From NCBI GenBank assembly GCA_030828335.1, contig JAURCQ010000001.1:1492-65491 (forward strand): a stretch of DNA of 64,000 nt, read 5' to 3'. Within the stretch, counting starts at the first letter, position 1. Every line of letters starts with the position of its first letter. This DNA comes from Gammaproteobacteria bacterium. GTDB lineage: Bacteria > Pseudomonadota > Gammaproteobacteria > Pseudomonadales > Azotimanducaceae. Made by a program: the position numbers and the translations under genes. The notes under the pieces were generated by a model. That model did not search any database, was not told where the DNA came from, and worked only from the letters and a program-made list of their open reading frames with translations. This document shows, in pieces, positions 40,197 through 51,400 of the stretch.

Positions 40197-40928
40197 ATGT
40201 CTGAAGCGACATCGCCGCAGCTCGAGGATGGAGCGCCGCCGCGTCACGTGGCCATCATCATGGACGGCAATCATCGTTGGGCGCAGAAACGCCACTTGCC
40301 GGGGTCCGCGGGCCATCGCGCCGGTGCCCGCGCCGTGCGTCCGGTGGCGCAGCGGGCGGCGGAGCTCGGGGTGGAGGTCCTCACCCTTTTCGCCTTTTCC
40401 ACGGAAAACTGGTTCCGCCCCCGGCGGGAAGTGTCCCTTCTCATGGCGTTGATGCGTCGGGTCCTCACGGAAGATGTGGACGAACTCCATCGAGAGCGAG
40501 TGCGGGTGCAGATCATCGGCGATCGAAGCCGCTTCTCCGATGACCTGCAAAAGCTCATGGCCGACGCGGAAGCGCTTACCGCCGACAACACGCGCATGAC
40601 CCTCATGATCGCCGCGAACTATGGCGGTCGCTGGGATATCGTGAATGCGGCCCGGGCCCTGGCCGAGGAGGTCGAGGCCGGTCGCCTTCGCGCTCAGGAC
40701 ATCGATGAAGCCGCGCTGGACGGTGCCCTTAGCCTCGCCGGCGTACCGCCCCCGGACCTCTGCATTCGCACCGGCGGGGACCATCGCATCTCCAACTTCT
40801 TACTTTGGCAGTTCGCCTATACGGAGCTGTTCTTCACGGATCGCTTCTGGCCCGATTTTGACGGAGCAGCCCTCGAGGAAGCGCTCGGCGAGTTTTACTG
40901 CCGGCAGCGGCGCTTCGGGCGCCGCTAG
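40197..40928 (+). CDS. uppS: Ditrans,polycis-undecaprenyl-diphosphate synthase
   Basis: HVAIIMDGNHRWA, TLFAFSTENW and RTGGDHRISNFLLWQ motifs. I trimmed the start to the ATG at 40197. Confidence 0.9.
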   Translation: MSEATSPQLEDGAPPRHVAIIMDGNHRWAQKRHLPGSAGHRAGARAVRPVAQRAAELGVEVLTLFAFSTENWFRPRREVSLLMALMRRVLTEDVDELHRERVRVQIIGDRSRFSDDLQKLMADAEALTADNTRMTLMIAANYGGRWDIVNAARALAEEVEAGRLRAQDIDEAALDGALSLAGVPPPDLCIRTGGDHRISNFLLWQFAYTELFFTDRFWPDFDGAALEEALGEFYCRQRRFGRR

Positions 40929-41012
40929 GGCGCCCGCTCCTCGCCGCGGCCAGCACCCAATCCAAGACCTATTCAGGGTACACTGGGCCCAACGCTGGGG
41001 AGAGGGCGGGCC

Positions 41013-41813
41013 ATGCTCAAGCAACGTATCCTGACCGCCGTGCCCCTGGCCGCGGCCTTCCTTGCCGCCCTGTTCTATTTGCCCTCTCCGGCCTTTGCGG
41101 GCCTCATTGCCCTACTGCTGCTCCTGGCGGGCTGGGAGTGGGGCGCCCTCGCGGGCCTTAGGGCGGGCCCCCGGGTCGCCTTTTTGCTGGTGCTCGCGTT
41201 GCTCCTCGGCGCTCTCCTCGGGCAGCGTGGGCAGCTTGAGCCCTGGCTCTTCCCCCTGTCCCTCGGGCTTTGGGCCTTCCTTTCTCTGCTCGTGCTCACG
41301 TTCCCGCGCAGCGCCCCTGTCCTCCGAGGGACGGAGCTTCGCCTTGGGCTCGGGGTTTTAGTGCTGGCGCCTGCTTATCTCGCGGTGCTGGTGCTCTACA
41401 GTGCGGGCCCTTGGCATCTTTTGTGGGCGCTGGGCGTGGTGTGGGCCGCGGATATCGGCGCCTACTTTGCCGGGCGTCGCTTTGGAAAGCGGAAGCTGGC
41501 GCCGGCGGTCAGCCCCGGGAAGAGCTGGGAGGGGGCCCTTGGGGGACTCGCCTGCGCGCTCCTCGTATCGCTGGCCTTTGCCTACGCCTTGTCCGTCCCC
41601 CGGGGTGCGCCACTTCTGCTGTTCACCGTGCTCATGGCCGTTCTGTCTATCTTTGGGGATCTTTTTGAAAGCGTGCTCAAGCGCACGGCCGGGGTGAAGG
41701 ACTCGGGAGGGCTCCTGCCGGGGCATGGCGGCGTTTTAGATCGTCTCGATGCGCTGCTCCCTGCCTTGCCTCTGGCTGCGCTGGGTCTCGGGGCCCTGCC
41801 CCCCACCGCTTAG
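41013..41813 (+). CDS. cdsA: Phosphatidate cytidylyltransferase
   Basis: Polytopic membrane protein with the CTP-transferase signature SPGKSWEG...[10 protein letters not shown]...[11 protein letters not shown]. Confidence 0.9.
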   Translation: MLKQRILTAVPLAAAFLAALFYLPSPAFAGLIALLLLLAGWEWGALAGLRAGPRVAFLLVLALLLGALLGQRGQLEPWLFPLSLGLWAFLSLLVLTFPRSAPVLRGTELRLGLGVLVLAPAYLAVLVLYSAGPWHLLWALGVVWAADIGAYFAGRRFGKRKLAPAVSPGKSWEGALGGLACALLVSLAFAYALSVPRGAPLLLFTVLMAVLSIFGDLFESVLKRTAGVKDSGGLLPGHGGVLDRLDALLPALPLAALGLGALPPTA

Positions 41814-41824
41814 AAGGGACGCCT

Positions 41825-43012
41825 ATGAAGCCCGATCAGCTCACCATTCTCGGCGCCACCGGGTCCATTGGCGAAAGCACCCTGGCGGTACTGGAGGCGC
41901 ATCCGCAGCGCTTTTCCGTTTTTGCCCTCACCGCTTATCGTCAGGCCGACAAGCTGCTGGAGCAGTGCCTGCGCTTCCGTCCCCGCTATGCGGTGCTGGT
42001 GGACCCAGCCGGGGCGAAGGGCCTTGCAGCGACCTTGAAGGCCGAGGGTCTTACGACGGAGCTCCTTGTGGGGGCCGAGGCCCTTGTGGCCGTGGCCGAG
42101 GCCCCGGAGGTGGACCAGGTCATGGCGGCCATTGTGGGGGCGGCCGGGCTTCCGCCCACCTTGGCGGCCGCGGAGGCGGGAAAACGGGTGCTTCTCGCCA
42201 ATAAGGAAGCCCTGGTGGTCGCCGGTCCCCTGTTTATGGAGGCGGTCCGCCGGGGCGGGGGCGCCTTGCTTCCCATTGATAGCGAACACAACGCCCTGTT
42301 CCAGTGCATGCCCCCGGGCTACGTGGCGGGCCAGCCTCCGGCAGGGGTGCGAAAGCTCCTGCTCACGGGATCGGGCGGACCCTTTCGTCGCCGCGATCCG
42401 GCGACCCTCGGAGCCGTGACTCCGGAGGAGGCCTGCGCCCATCCCAACTGGTCCATGGGACAAAAGATCTCCGTGGATTCCGCGACCATGATGAACAAGG
42501 GGCTCGAATTCATCGAGGCCTGCCTTCTGTTTGCGACGCCGCCCAGCGGGATCGAAGTGGTGATCCATCCCGAGTCCGTCATCCACTCTCTGGTGGCCTA
42601 TGAGGATGGGTCTGTGCTGGCTCAGCTGGGCCCCCCGGATATGCGCACGCCCATTGCCGCGGGCCTATCCTGGCCGGATCGGATCGACGCCGGCGTTTCC
42701 CTCCTTGATCTCGTGGCCGTGGGTTCCCTGACCTTCGAGGCCCCAAGCTTTGAGCGCTTTCCCTGCCTTGCCTTGGCGCTGGCGGCCGCGGAGCGGGGAG
42801 GTTTGGCCCCGGCGTGGTTGAATGCCGCCAATGAGGTGGCCGTCGCCGCCTTCCTTGCGCGGCGCATCGGATATCTGGCGATCCCTGCTATCATCGACCA
42901 GGTGATGCGGGGGGCCAACCTCGCCCCAGCGGATTCCCTCGAGGCCGTGCTCGCCGCGGACCGCGAGGCGCGCTTGGCGGCGGAAGCGCTGCTCCCCACC
43001 TACGCGGCCTAA
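41825..43012 (+). CDS. dxr: 1-deoxy-D-xylulose-5-phosphate reductoisomerase
   Basis: [28 protein letters not shown] and NKGLE motifs. Confidence 0.95.
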   Translation: MKPDQLTILGATGSIGESTLAVLEAHPQRFSVFALTAYRQADKLLEQCLRFRPRYAVLVDPAGAKGLAATLKAEGLTTELLVGAEALVAVAEAPEVDQVMAAIVGAAGLPPTLAAAEAGKRVLLANKEALVVAGPLFMEAVRRGGGALLPIDSEHNALFQCMPPGYVAGQPPAGVRKLLLTGSGGPFRRRDPATLGAVTPEEACAHPNWSMGQKISVDSATMMNKGLEFIEACLLFATPPSGIEVVIHPESVIHSLVAYEDGSVLAQLGPPDMRTPIAAGLSWPDRIDAGVSLLDLVAVGSLTFEAPSFERFPCLALALAAAERGGLAPAWLNAANEVAVAAFLARRIGYLAIPAIIDQVMRGANLAPADSLEAVLAADREARLAAEALLPTYAA

Positions 43013-43033
43013 ATTTCAAGAGAGCACCGCCTC

Positions 43034-44320
43034 ATGGAGCTGCTTCAAACGATTTTTGCCTTGCTGCTGACCCTTGGAATCCTGGTGACGGTTCACGAGG
43101 CCGGGCACTTTTTTGTTGCCCGCTATTTCGGGGTGCGCGTGCTGCGCTTTTCCTTGGGCATGGGGCCGGTGCTGTGGCGGCGCCAGGGGGTGGGGGGCAC
43201 GGAATTTGCCCTGAGCCTTCTTCCTATCGGTGGCTACGTCAAGATGCTTGAGGGGGACGCCGATGGCATAGCCTCGGCGCCTCGCCAGCGCGCTTTCAGC
43301 GAGACCCACCCCGCGGCCCGCATCGCCATCGCCCTCGGGGGACCGGTGGCCAACCTTCTGCTCGCGGTGCTCGTGTATTGGGTTCTCTTCGTCGTCGGGG
43401 TCTCGGGCCTCGTGCCCTACGTGAAGGCTCAGGAGGGCGCCGAAGGGCCCGCCGTGGGTGCTCGGGTGCTGGCCGTCGATGGCCAGGAAACCCCCAGTTG
43501 GAACACCGTCAACGAGGCCTTGGTCCGACGCCTCGGGGAAACGGGGCAGATCACCTTTACGCTGGAGGGGGGGCGGGGCCCCTGGACCCTTGAGCGCCCC
43601 ATTGAGCGCTGGCTCGCCGACGCAGAAGCGCCGCAGTTTCTTGCCGAACTGGACCTCGAGCCGGCCTATCCGGTGGTGCTCGGTCGCATCCTCGAGGCCA
43701 GCCCGGCGGAGGCCGCGGGCTTGCGCCCCGGAGACCGCATCACCGCCGTGAATGGGGAGGTCGTGGAGCACTGGCGGGCCTTCGTGGAGGCCGTGCAGGC
43801 TGCGGGCGCGACGAGCCTGACGCTCGCTATCGAGCGGGACGGTCAGCCCCGTCGCCTAACGGTCCGGCCGCGCCTGGAGGAGGGCAAGGGCTTTGTCGGG
43901 GTGGGCCCGGCCTACGCGGTGCAGCGCTGGGGCCTAGGGGAAGCGGTGGGGGAGGCGCTCGTGGCCACCTGGGATAAGACCGCCATGACCCTGGGTCTCG
44001 TCAAGAAGATGGTGCAGGGCCTCGTCTCCACAAGAAACTTGAGCGGCCCCATCACCATTGCTAAGGTCGCCGGCGACTCAGCGAAGTCTGGGGTAGAGAC
44101 GTTTCTGGGCTTCCTTGCGCTGCTGAGCGTCAGCCTCGCGGTTTTGAACCTGCTTCCCATACCGGTCCTTGATGGGGGGCACGTGGTGCTACATGTTCTC
44201 GAATGGGTGCGCGGTGCACCGCTTCCAGAGCGCGTGCAGGCCCTGGGGGTTCAGGTGGGCTTAATGCTGGTGGTGAGCTTAATGGCCCTGGCCCTGATTA
44301 ATGATTTTTCCCGACTTTAG
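43034..44320 (+). CDS. rseP: Site-2 zinc metalloprotease RseP
   Basis: HEAGHF zinc motif in TM1, PDZ segments (GLRPGDRITAVNG) and a C-terminal LNLLPIPVLDGGH motif. Confidence 0.9.
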   Translation: MELLQTIFALLLTLGILVTVHEAGHFFVARYFGVRVLRFSLGMGPVLWRRQGVGGTEFALSLLPIGGYVKMLEGDADGIASAPRQRAFSETHPAARIAIALGGPVANLLLAVLVYWVLFVVGVSGLVPYVKAQEGAEGPAVGARVLAVDGQETPSWNTVNEALVRRLGETGQITFTLEGGRGPWTLERPIERWLADAEAPQFLAELDLEPAYPVVLGRILEASPAEAAGLRPGDRITAVNGEVVEHWRAFVEAVQAAGATSLTLAIERDGQPRRLTVRPRLEEGKGFVGVGPAYAVQRWGLGEAVGEALVATWDKTAMTLGLVKKMVQGLVSTRNLSGPITIAKVAGDSAKSGVETFLGFLALLSVSLAVLNLLPIPVLDGGHVVLHVLEWVRGAPLPERVQALGVQVGLMLVVSLMALALINDFSRL

Positions 44321-44329
44321 AGACGCTTA

Positions 44330-46702
44330 GTGAAATTTCCCTTTTCTTCCTTTCTGCGCTCGGCGCTCGTCGCGCTGACGTTCGGCTTCGCATCCCTGGG
44401 GGCCGGGGCAGAAGACGCCGGCAGCGCCGCGGCCTTCACCATCGGGGATATCCGAGTGCAGGGGTTGCAGCGGGTCTCTCCGGGAACGGTGTTTGGCTTA
44501 CTCCCGGTGAACGTCGGGGATCGCTATGACGAGTACTTGGCGCGGGAGACGCTCCGCTCCCTCTTTTCCTCGGGCTATTTTAGCGATATCGGCGTCGGGC
44601 GCGACGGCAACGTGCTGGTCCTTACGCTCTTGGAGCGCCCGGCCATCGACTCCATCACCCTTGAGGGCAACGAATCCATTGAAAGCGATGCGCTGCTCGA
44701 GGGGCTGGCGGGCTCGGGGCTTGCGGAGGGGGAGATTTTTCAACGGGCCACCCTTGAGCGGGTCGAGCTCGAGCTGACGCGCCAGTACGTCTCCCAGGGC
44801 CGCTACGGTGCCAGCATCGAGGCGGAGGTCGAGGATCTCCCGCGGAACCGGGTGGCGGTGAAGATCGAGATCGAAGAGGGCTCCGTGGCCAAGGTGCGCC
44901 ATCTGAATATCGTGGGGAACACGGTGTACTCGGACCGGGAGCTCCTGGATAACTTCGAGATGAAGCTTCCGAACCTTCTCTCATTCTACAAGAACGACGA
45001 TCGCTACTCCCGGGAAAAGCTCTCCGGCGACCTTGAGCGCCTTGAGGCCTATTACAAAGACACGGGTTACGTGAATTTTCGCATCGACTCCACCCAGGTG
45101 ACCGTCAACCCGGATAAGAGCGAGGTGTACATCACCATCAACGTCGATGAGGGAGACAAATATACGGTCAGTGACGTGGAGCTCGCGGGGGAGCTTAATG
45201 ACGTTCCTGCCGAGGCCCTCGAATCCCTCCTCCTCGTGTTCGAAGGGCAAACCTTTTCCCAGGCCCTGGTGACGGCCACGGAAGAACGGCTAACGAGCGC
45301 CCTTGGCAATGCGGGCTATACCTTCGCCGAAGCGAATGGCGTGCCCGAAGTTGAGGAAGACGAAGGTACGGTGAGGCTGCGCTTCTTTGTGGATGCGGGG
45401 CAGCGTGCCTATGTTCGGCGAATCAACTTTCGGGGCAATACCCTGACCCGGGATAAGGTGCTGCGCCGGGAAATGCGTCAGCAAGAAGGGGGCTGGGCGT
45501 CTACCTCCCAGATTGACCTCTCCAAGGTGCGCCTAGAGCGCCTGGGCTACTTTAAGAACGTCAATGTCGAAACGCCTGCCGTTCCTGGCACGGAGAACCA
45601 GATCGACGTCGAGTTCAGCGTTGAGGAACAGCCCTCCGGGAGCATTTCCGGCACCCTTGGCTACGCTCAGCAGGCAGGCCTGATTCTGGGGGCTCAGTAC
45701 CAGGAGAACAACGTATTCGGCACCGGGAACTCCACCAGCGTGGGGATCAACTGGTCCCAGTTCCAGCAGTCCGTGAACTTCAACTTCTTTAACCCCTATT
45801 TCACCGTCGACGGCATCAGCCGGGGCTTCAATCTGTTTTATCGGGAAACGAATTTTGGGCAGCAAAACATCGCCCGATTTTTGACCAACGCTTATGGCGC
45901 GGGGGTCAACTTTGGCTACCCCATCAGCGAAGTCGAGCGCCTCAATTTTGGGGTGAATATCGATTACACGGATATCACCGCGGGGCTGTTCCCGGCGCAG
46001 GAAATTACCAGCTTTATCCAGTCCGAGGGCAGCACTTTCCTGAACTACACGGCGAACCTCACCTGGATCAACTCTCAGCTGAACCGGGGGCTCTTCCCCA
46101 CCCGGGGCTCGTCCCAGAACCTCTCGGCGGAGGTCGCTCTTCCGGGCAGCGACCTCGCCTTTTTCAAGGTCCGCTACGAGGGTCAGAAGTTCATACCCCT
46201 CGGGCCCATCTTCACCCTTCGGGCTCACACCAAGCTGGGCTACGGGGATGCCTTTGGAGGGAGCTCAACGCTGCCCTTCTATGAGCACTTCTTCGCTGGC
46301 GGCTTCGGTTCCGTGCGGGGCTTTGAGCTGAACTCCCTGGGTCCCCGGGCTACCGAACCCCCGGACTCTCCCTTCCAGGGGCGCCGGCCTCAGCCCTTTG
46401 GGGGGAACGTGTTAATCAGCGGTGGCCTGGAGGTGATCCTGCCCGTGCCCTTCGTGGAGGATGACCGGCAGTTCCGCCCCGTGGCCTTCTTCGACTTCGG
46501 CAACGTGTTCAACACAGACTGCCCGCGCACCAGCACCCGCTGCTACGGGCCTTCCCTGGATGACATGCGCTATTCCCTCGGCCTTGGGGTGACCTGGCTC
46601 AGCGGCTTCGGCCCTCTGTCCTTCGGGGTAGCTCAGGTGTTCAACGAAGACGCTGATGACCAAACGCAGTTTTTTCAGTTTGAGCTAGGGCGAACGTTCT
46701 GA
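44330..46702 (+). CDS. bamA: Outer membrane protein assembly factor BamA
   Basis: 790 aa with a signal peptide, five POTRA-like repeats (IGDIRVQGLQRVS..., ITLEGNESI..., LNIVGNTVY..., INFRGNTLTRDKVLRREM...) and a C-terminal beta-barrel ending ...FQFELGRTF. GTG start. Confidence 0.95.
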   Translation: MKFPFSSFLRSALVALTFGFASLGAGAEDAGSAAAFTIGDIRVQGLQRVSPGTVFGLLPVNVGDRYDEYLARETLRSLFSSGYFSDIGVGRDGNVLVLTLLERPAIDSITLEGNESIESDALLEGLAGSGLAEGEIFQRATLERVELELTRQYVSQGRYGASIEAEVEDLPRNRVAVKIEIEEGSVAKVRHLNIVGNTVYSDRELLDNFEMKLPNLLSFYKNDDRYSREKLSGDLERLEAYYKDTGYVNFRIDSTQVTVNPDKSEVYITINVDEGDKYTVSDVELAGELNDVPAEALESLLLVFEGQTFSQALVTATEERLTSALGNAGYTFAEANGVPEVEEDEGTVRLRFFVDAGQRAYVRRINFRGNTLTRDKVLRREMRQQEGGWASTSQIDLSKVRLERLGYFKNVNVETPAVPGTENQIDVEFSVEEQPSGSISGTLGYAQQAGLILGAQYQENNVFGTGNSTSVGINWSQFQQSVNFNFFNPYFTVDGISRGFNLFYRETNFGQQNIARFLTNAYGAGVNFGYPISEVERLNFGVNIDYTDITAGLFPAQEITSFIQSEGSTFLNYTANLTWINSQLNRGLFPTRGSSQNLSAEVALPGSDLAFFKVRYEGQKFIPLGPIFTLRAHTKLGYGDAFGGSSTLPFYEHFFAGGFGSVRGFELNSLGPRATEPPDSPFQGRRPQPFGGNVLISGGLEVILPVPFVEDDRQFRPVAFFDFGNVFNTDCPRTSTRCYGPSLDDMRYSLGLGVTWLSGFGPLSFGVAQVFNEDADDQTQFFQFELGRTF

Positions 46703-46802
46703 TGGTCAGGTGTGCTCGGCGCGCGGGCGCGGTACACTCTCGCGCTTGGCGCAGCGATCAGCGCCTAGGGTTTTTTCGTTACCGAATGAGGGAGATTTCA
46801 CT

Positions 46803-47309
46803 GTGAAGCGAGTACTGGCTTTTGTCCTGGGTCTTGGTGCCTTGGGCCTCGCCCCCTTGGCCGGGGCGGAACTCAAGATTGCCGTTGTCGATGTGCAAGC
46901 CGCCATCGGCCAAACGCAGGAAGCGAAGACCTTCCTTGAAAAGGTTCAGGAGTCGCTGGAAGCGGATCTGGAGCGCATCCGGGAGCTCACCGCGCAGCGC
47001 GCAGAGATTGAAGAGAAGGTCCAGCGGGACGCGGAAGTGATGGGTGAGGAAGAGCGTACCCGCCTGTCGGAGGATTACGAGCGCATCACCTCAGACCTCC
47101 AGTACCGCACGGAGACCTACCAGAAAGCGGTGAATCGCCGCCGCAATGAGCTGTTCCAGAAGATGGGTCCCGGCGTCCAGGCTGCCCTCGATGACCTCGT
47201 GAAGCTCGAGGCTTACGACTTGGTTCTGCCCCGGAACACGGTGATCTACGTGAACCCCAAGCACGACATTACGCGTAAGGTCACGGAAGTCCTCGACAAG
47301 CAGAGTTAA
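46803..47309 (+). CDS. skp: Periplasmic chaperone Skp (OmpH)
   Basis: Signal peptide VKRVLAFVLGLGALGLAPLAGA, then LKIAVVDVQAAI and a long coiled-coil region. GTG at 46803 after a GAGGGAG RBS, in the conserved position after bamA. Confidence 0.85.
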   Translation: MKRVLAFVLGLGALGLAPLAGAELKIAVVDVQAAIGQTQEAKTFLEKVQESLEADLERIRELTAQRAEIEEKVQRDAEVMGEEERTRLSEDYERITSDLQYRTETYQKAVNRRRNELFQKMGPGVQAALDDLVKLEAYDLVLPRNTVIYVNPKHDITRKVTEVLDKQS

Positions 47310-47324
47310 AGCAAGGCGACAGTC

Positions 47325-47351
47325 GGCGGCGTCGGTTTCGCCGGCGCCGCC
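47325..47351 (+). other. Stable GC hairpin in the skp-fabZ spacer (11-bp stem, 5-nt loop, no T-tract)
   Basis: ggcggcgtcgg-tttcg-ccggcgccgcc read directly, with one G-U pair. It occupies the spot where lpxD normally lies. Confidence 0.5.
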
Positions 47352-47372
47352 CCGGCTGAAAGGAGTCTTGCG

Positions 47373-47822
47373 GTGGAATACCCCCTTCCCATAGAAACGA
47401 TCCTTGAGCGCCTGCCTCATCGCTACCCGTTCCTCCTCGTGGACCGGGTCCTGGAGGCGCAGCTCGGTGAGTCCATTCGGGCGCTGAAGAACGTCACCAT
47501 CAACGAGCCCTTCTTCCAGGGGCACTTCCCGGGCCACCCGGTGATGCCCGGGGTGCTGATGGTGGAGGCCCTGGCGCAGACTGCGGGCATCCTGGCCTTT
47601 TTGACCCATAGCCAGCACCCGGAAGAGGACGCCGTGGTGTACTTGGCGGGCACGGACAAGTGCCGTTTCAAGCGCCCCGTCACCCCCGGGGATCAGCTCA
47701 TCCTGGAGGCGAAGTTTCTTGTGGATAAGCGTCGCCTGATGAAGTTCGCCTGCCGCGCGCTCGTGGACGATCAGGTGGTATGCGAGACCGAGCTGATGTG
47801 CGCGCAGCGCGTCCTGACCTAG
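47373..47822 (+). CDS. fabZ: 3-hydroxyacyl-ACP dehydratase FabZ
   Basis: [13 protein letters not shown]...[27 protein letters not shown] is the canonical FabZ hot-dog active-site region. GTG start. Confidence 0.95.
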   Translation: MEYPLPIETILERLPHRYPFLLVDRVLEAQLGESIRALKNVTINEPFFQGHFPGHPVMPGVLMVEALAQTAGILAFLTHSQHPEEDAVVYLAGTDKCRFKRPVTPGDQLILEAKFLVDKRRLMKFACRALVDDQVVCETELMCAQRVLT

Positions 47823-47823
47823 C

Positions 47824-48486
47824 GTGCCCCCCCGCCGGCCCCGTCCTCCCCTACCGCTTTGGCTCTCCGACTGGGGTGATGTCCCGGAAGGCTGGATTGC
47901 AGGTGTCGATGAAGTCGGTCGCGGCCCCCTGGCCGGTCCCGTGGTGGCTGCGGCGGTGGTGTTTCCCCCGGGGGAAACCCCTCCGGCGGTCGGCGATTCC
48001 AAGACCTTAAGTGCAACCCGGCGCGGCGCCCTGGTGCCGGAGATCAAGGCCCGGGCCCTGGCCTGGGCCCTGGGCTGGGCGGACGTGGAAGAAATTGATC
48101 GGATGAATATCCTGCAGGCGAGCCTCCTGGCTATGCGTCGGGCCCTGGAGGGGCTTGGGCGCGAGCCTGCGCTGGTGCTGGTGGATGGGAATCAACGCAT
48201 TCCCGAGCTCTCCTACCCCCAGCGAACGGTACCCCGGGGCGATAGCCGGGTGGCGGCCATCGCGGCGGCCTCGATTCTGGCCAAGGAGGCTCGGGATCAA
48301 GCGCTTTGCGCCCTGGGTGAGCGCTATCCTGGCTATGGCTTCGAGCGCCATTCCGGCTATCCTGTGCCGGAGCATCTTGCTGCCCTCGAGGCCCTCGGGC
48401 CCACCCCGGCCCATCGCCGAAGCTTTGGGCCCGTGCGGCGCTGCTTGGCTGCCTTCACCCCGGGAGAGGAACCGAAGCCATCGTGA
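47824..48486 (+). CDS. rnhB: Ribonuclease HII
   Basis: [28 protein letters not shown] and ASILAK motifs. The GTG start lies 1 nt after the fabZ stop. Confidence 0.9.
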   Translation: MPPRRPRPPLPLWLSDWGDVPEGWIAGVDEVGRGPLAGPVVAAAVVFPPGETPPAVGDSKTLSATRRGALVPEIKARALAWALGWADVEEIDRMNILQASLLAMRRALEGLGREPALVLVDGNQRIPELSYPQRTVPRGDSRVAAIAAASILAKEARDQALCALGERYPGYGFERHSGYPVPEHLAALEALGPTPAHRRSFGPVRRCLAAFTPGEEPKPS

Positions 48487-51400
48487 CCGCCCCGCCCTTT
48501 GTCCATCTCCGCGTGCACTCGGAGTACAGCCTGATTGATGGGCTGGTCCGGGTGAAGCCGCTGGTGGCCCGGTGCGAAGCCCTTGCCATGCCCGCCGTGG
48601 GCTTGACCGATCACAATAATCTCTTTGCCCTTCTAAAATTCTATGGGGCAGCCCGAAGCGCGGGCGTTAAGCCCATCGTCGGCTGCGACCTCGCCCTGCG
48701 GGACGAGAAGGGGGGGCTAAGCCAGGTGACGGTTTTCGTTGAAAACGCCACGGGCTATGGCCACCTGACGCGCCTGATCTCCGATGCCTACCTCGCGCCG
48801 GAGCGCGCCTCCGCGGTGGCCGTGGCGAAGGCTGCGCTCCTCGCGCACAACGAGGGTTTGCTCCTCCTTCTCGGGCGCCATTCTCCCCTCGGCGCCCTCG
48901 TCGAGGAGGACGCGGCGTCCTTTGATGGGGCTCTGGGGCCCTGGCAAGAGGCTTTCGGGGACCGCCTCTTCTTCGAGCTCACCCGAACCGGCCGGGCTGG
49001 CGAGGAAAGCTGGCTCACCGCCGCCATGCTCGCTTCGGCGCGCCGGGGGGTGCCGGTGGTGGCGACTAACGACGTGCGCTTTCTTGAGGCCGACGACTAC
49101 GAGGCCCACGAGACCCGGGTGTGCATCCATGAGGGGCGGGTGCTGGGCGATCCTCGCCGGCCCCGACGCTACAGCGAAGCCCAGTACTTCTGTAGCGCCG
49201 AGGAGATGCAGGCCCGCTTTGAGGATATCCCGGAGGCGCTCAGCAACACGGTGGTGATTGCCCAGCGCTGCAATCTCACCCTCTCCCTGGATACCTACTA
49301 CCTTCCGGAATACCCCATCCCCGAGGGGGAAACGCTCGAGGGCTACTTCCGCCGCACAAGCTGGGAGGGCCTTGCGGCGCGCTTGGCTCGGCTGCCGGCG
49401 CTGCCCGAGGGCGGGGAGCAGGGGCGCAAGGCCTACGAGGCGCGGCTTCAGGAAGAGCTCGACATCATTTGCCAGATGGACTTCCCGGGGTACTTCCTCA
49501 TCGTCGCGGAGTTCATCGCCTGGGCGAAGGACAACGGCGTGCCCGTGGGGCCCGGGCGGGGTTCCGGCGCGGGCTCCCTGGTGGCCTACGCGCTCGGCAT
49601 TACGAACCTGGACCCTCTGGCCTACGACCTGCTTTTCGAGCGCTTCCTGAATCCCGAACGGGTCTCCATGCCCGACTTCGACGTGGATTTCTGCATGGAA
49701 GGGCGGGACCGGGTTATTGGCCACGTGGCTGACCTCTACGGCGCCGGCGCCGTTTCCCAGATCGTGACCTACGGCACCATGGCGGCGAAGGCCGTGGTGC
49801 GAGACGTGGCCCGGGTCCAGGGCAAGCCCTATGGTCTCGCCGATAAGCTTTCGAAGATGATCCCCTTCGAGGTCGGCATGACCCTGCACAAGGCCCTGGA
49901 GCAGGAGCCCACGCTGAAGGCCTTCGTCGCAGAAAACGAAGAGGTCAGCGAAATCATGGACATGGCCTTCTCCCTGGAAGGCCTGGTGCGCAACATCGGA
50001 AAGCACGCGGGCGGGGTCGTCATTGCCCCGGGGCAGCTCACGGATTTCGTGCCCCTCGTCACGGACGAGCAGGGTGCTCTCATGACCCAGTTCGACAAGG
50101 ACGACGTTGAGCGGGCCGGCCTGGTGAAGTTCGACTTCCTGGGCCTTCGGACCCTTACGATTATCAACTGGGCGCTGGAAGCGATTAACGTCCAGCGCGC
50201 CGCGCAGGACGCACTGCCCCTCGATATCGACGCCATTCCCCTGGATGACGATCGGGTTTTCGGGCTCCTGAAGCGGGCGGAAACCACCGCCGTCTTCCAG
50301 CTCGAATCCCGGGGCATGAAGGAGCTGATCAAGCGCCTGCTCCCGGACAGCTTCGAGGACATCGTGGCCCTGGTGGCCCTGTTCCGCCCCGGGCCCTTGC
50401 AGTCCGGGATGGTCGATGACTTCATCGATCGAAAGCACGGGCGGGCGACGGTGACCTACCCTCATCCGGCCCTCGAACCCATCTTGAGCAATACCTACGG
50501 CGTCATCCTCTATCAAGAGCAGGTGATGCAGATCGCCCAGGTGCTGGCTGGCTACACCCTTGGCGGCGCCGATCTCCTCCGCCGGGCCATGGGTAAGAAA
50601 AAGGCCGAGGAAATGGCGAAGCAGCGGGAGATCTTCCTCACCGGGGCCGCAGCCCAGGGGATCGATGGGAGCGTGGCCTCCCCCATCTTCGATCTCATGG
50701 AGAAGTTCGCGGGCTACGGCTTCAACAAGTCTCATTCCGCTGCCTACGCCCTCGTTTCCTACCAGACCGCTTGGCTGAAGTATCACTATCCCGCCCCCTT
50801 TATGGCGGCGGTGATGTCCTCGGACATGCAGAACACGGACAAAATTGTCGTGTTCATCGAGGAGGCTCGGCAGATGGGGCTTACCCTGCGGCCGCCCGAT
50901 GTGAATCACGGTGCCTACCGCTTTCAGGCGACCGCGGAGGGGGAAATTATCTACGGCCTGGGCGCGATTAAGGGCGTGGGAGAAGGGCCCATCGACGCTA
51001 TCGTGACCCGTCGGACCGAAGCCGGGCCCTATGAGGATCTTTTCGATCTCTGTCGGCGAGTGGACGCCCGGCGCTTGGGCAAGCGCGTGCTCGAAGCGCT
51101 GATTCGCGCCGGGGCCCTCGATTCCCTTGCCCCCAGGACCGAAGCGGGCCCGGCGCACCGGGGCGCTCTGCTGGCGCAGCTGGACGAGGCGCTGCAGGCC
51201 GCGGAGCAAGCGCTGCGGAACGACGCAGCGGGTATGGGAGATCTCTTCGGTGGCCTAGAGGCGCCGGCGGCGGCGCCGGGGCTCCCGGTGGTGCGTCCCC
51301 TAAGCGAGCATGAGCGGCTTCGGGGCGAGAAGGAGACCCTGGGGCTTTACCTGACGGGCCACCCCATCGATAGCTACGAGGAGGAGCTTCGGGCCATGGT

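Noticed and set aside
46702-46803. A weak hairpin (ggcgc-N8-gcgcc) followed by a T-run (gggtttttt) in the bamA-skp spacer, as a possible terminator.
   Set aside because: The stem is only 5-6 bp with a large loop, and bamA-skp are normally co-transcribed. At best it is a weak attenuator, too uncertain to annotate.
48717-51209. An 830-aa ORF antisense to dnaE. Similar long antisense or out-of-frame ORFs occur elsewhere, for example 11907..13031 (opposite lepA), 16200..17054, 21269..22273 (opposite the histone-like gene), 47091..48047, 33503..34885 and 54168..54998.
   Set aside because: Each lies opposite or out of frame to a gene with unmistakable conserved motifs. Their translations are Arg/Pro/Gly/His-rich with no recognisable domains. 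GC-rich DNA is depleted in stop codons in non-coding frames, so I treat them as artefacts.
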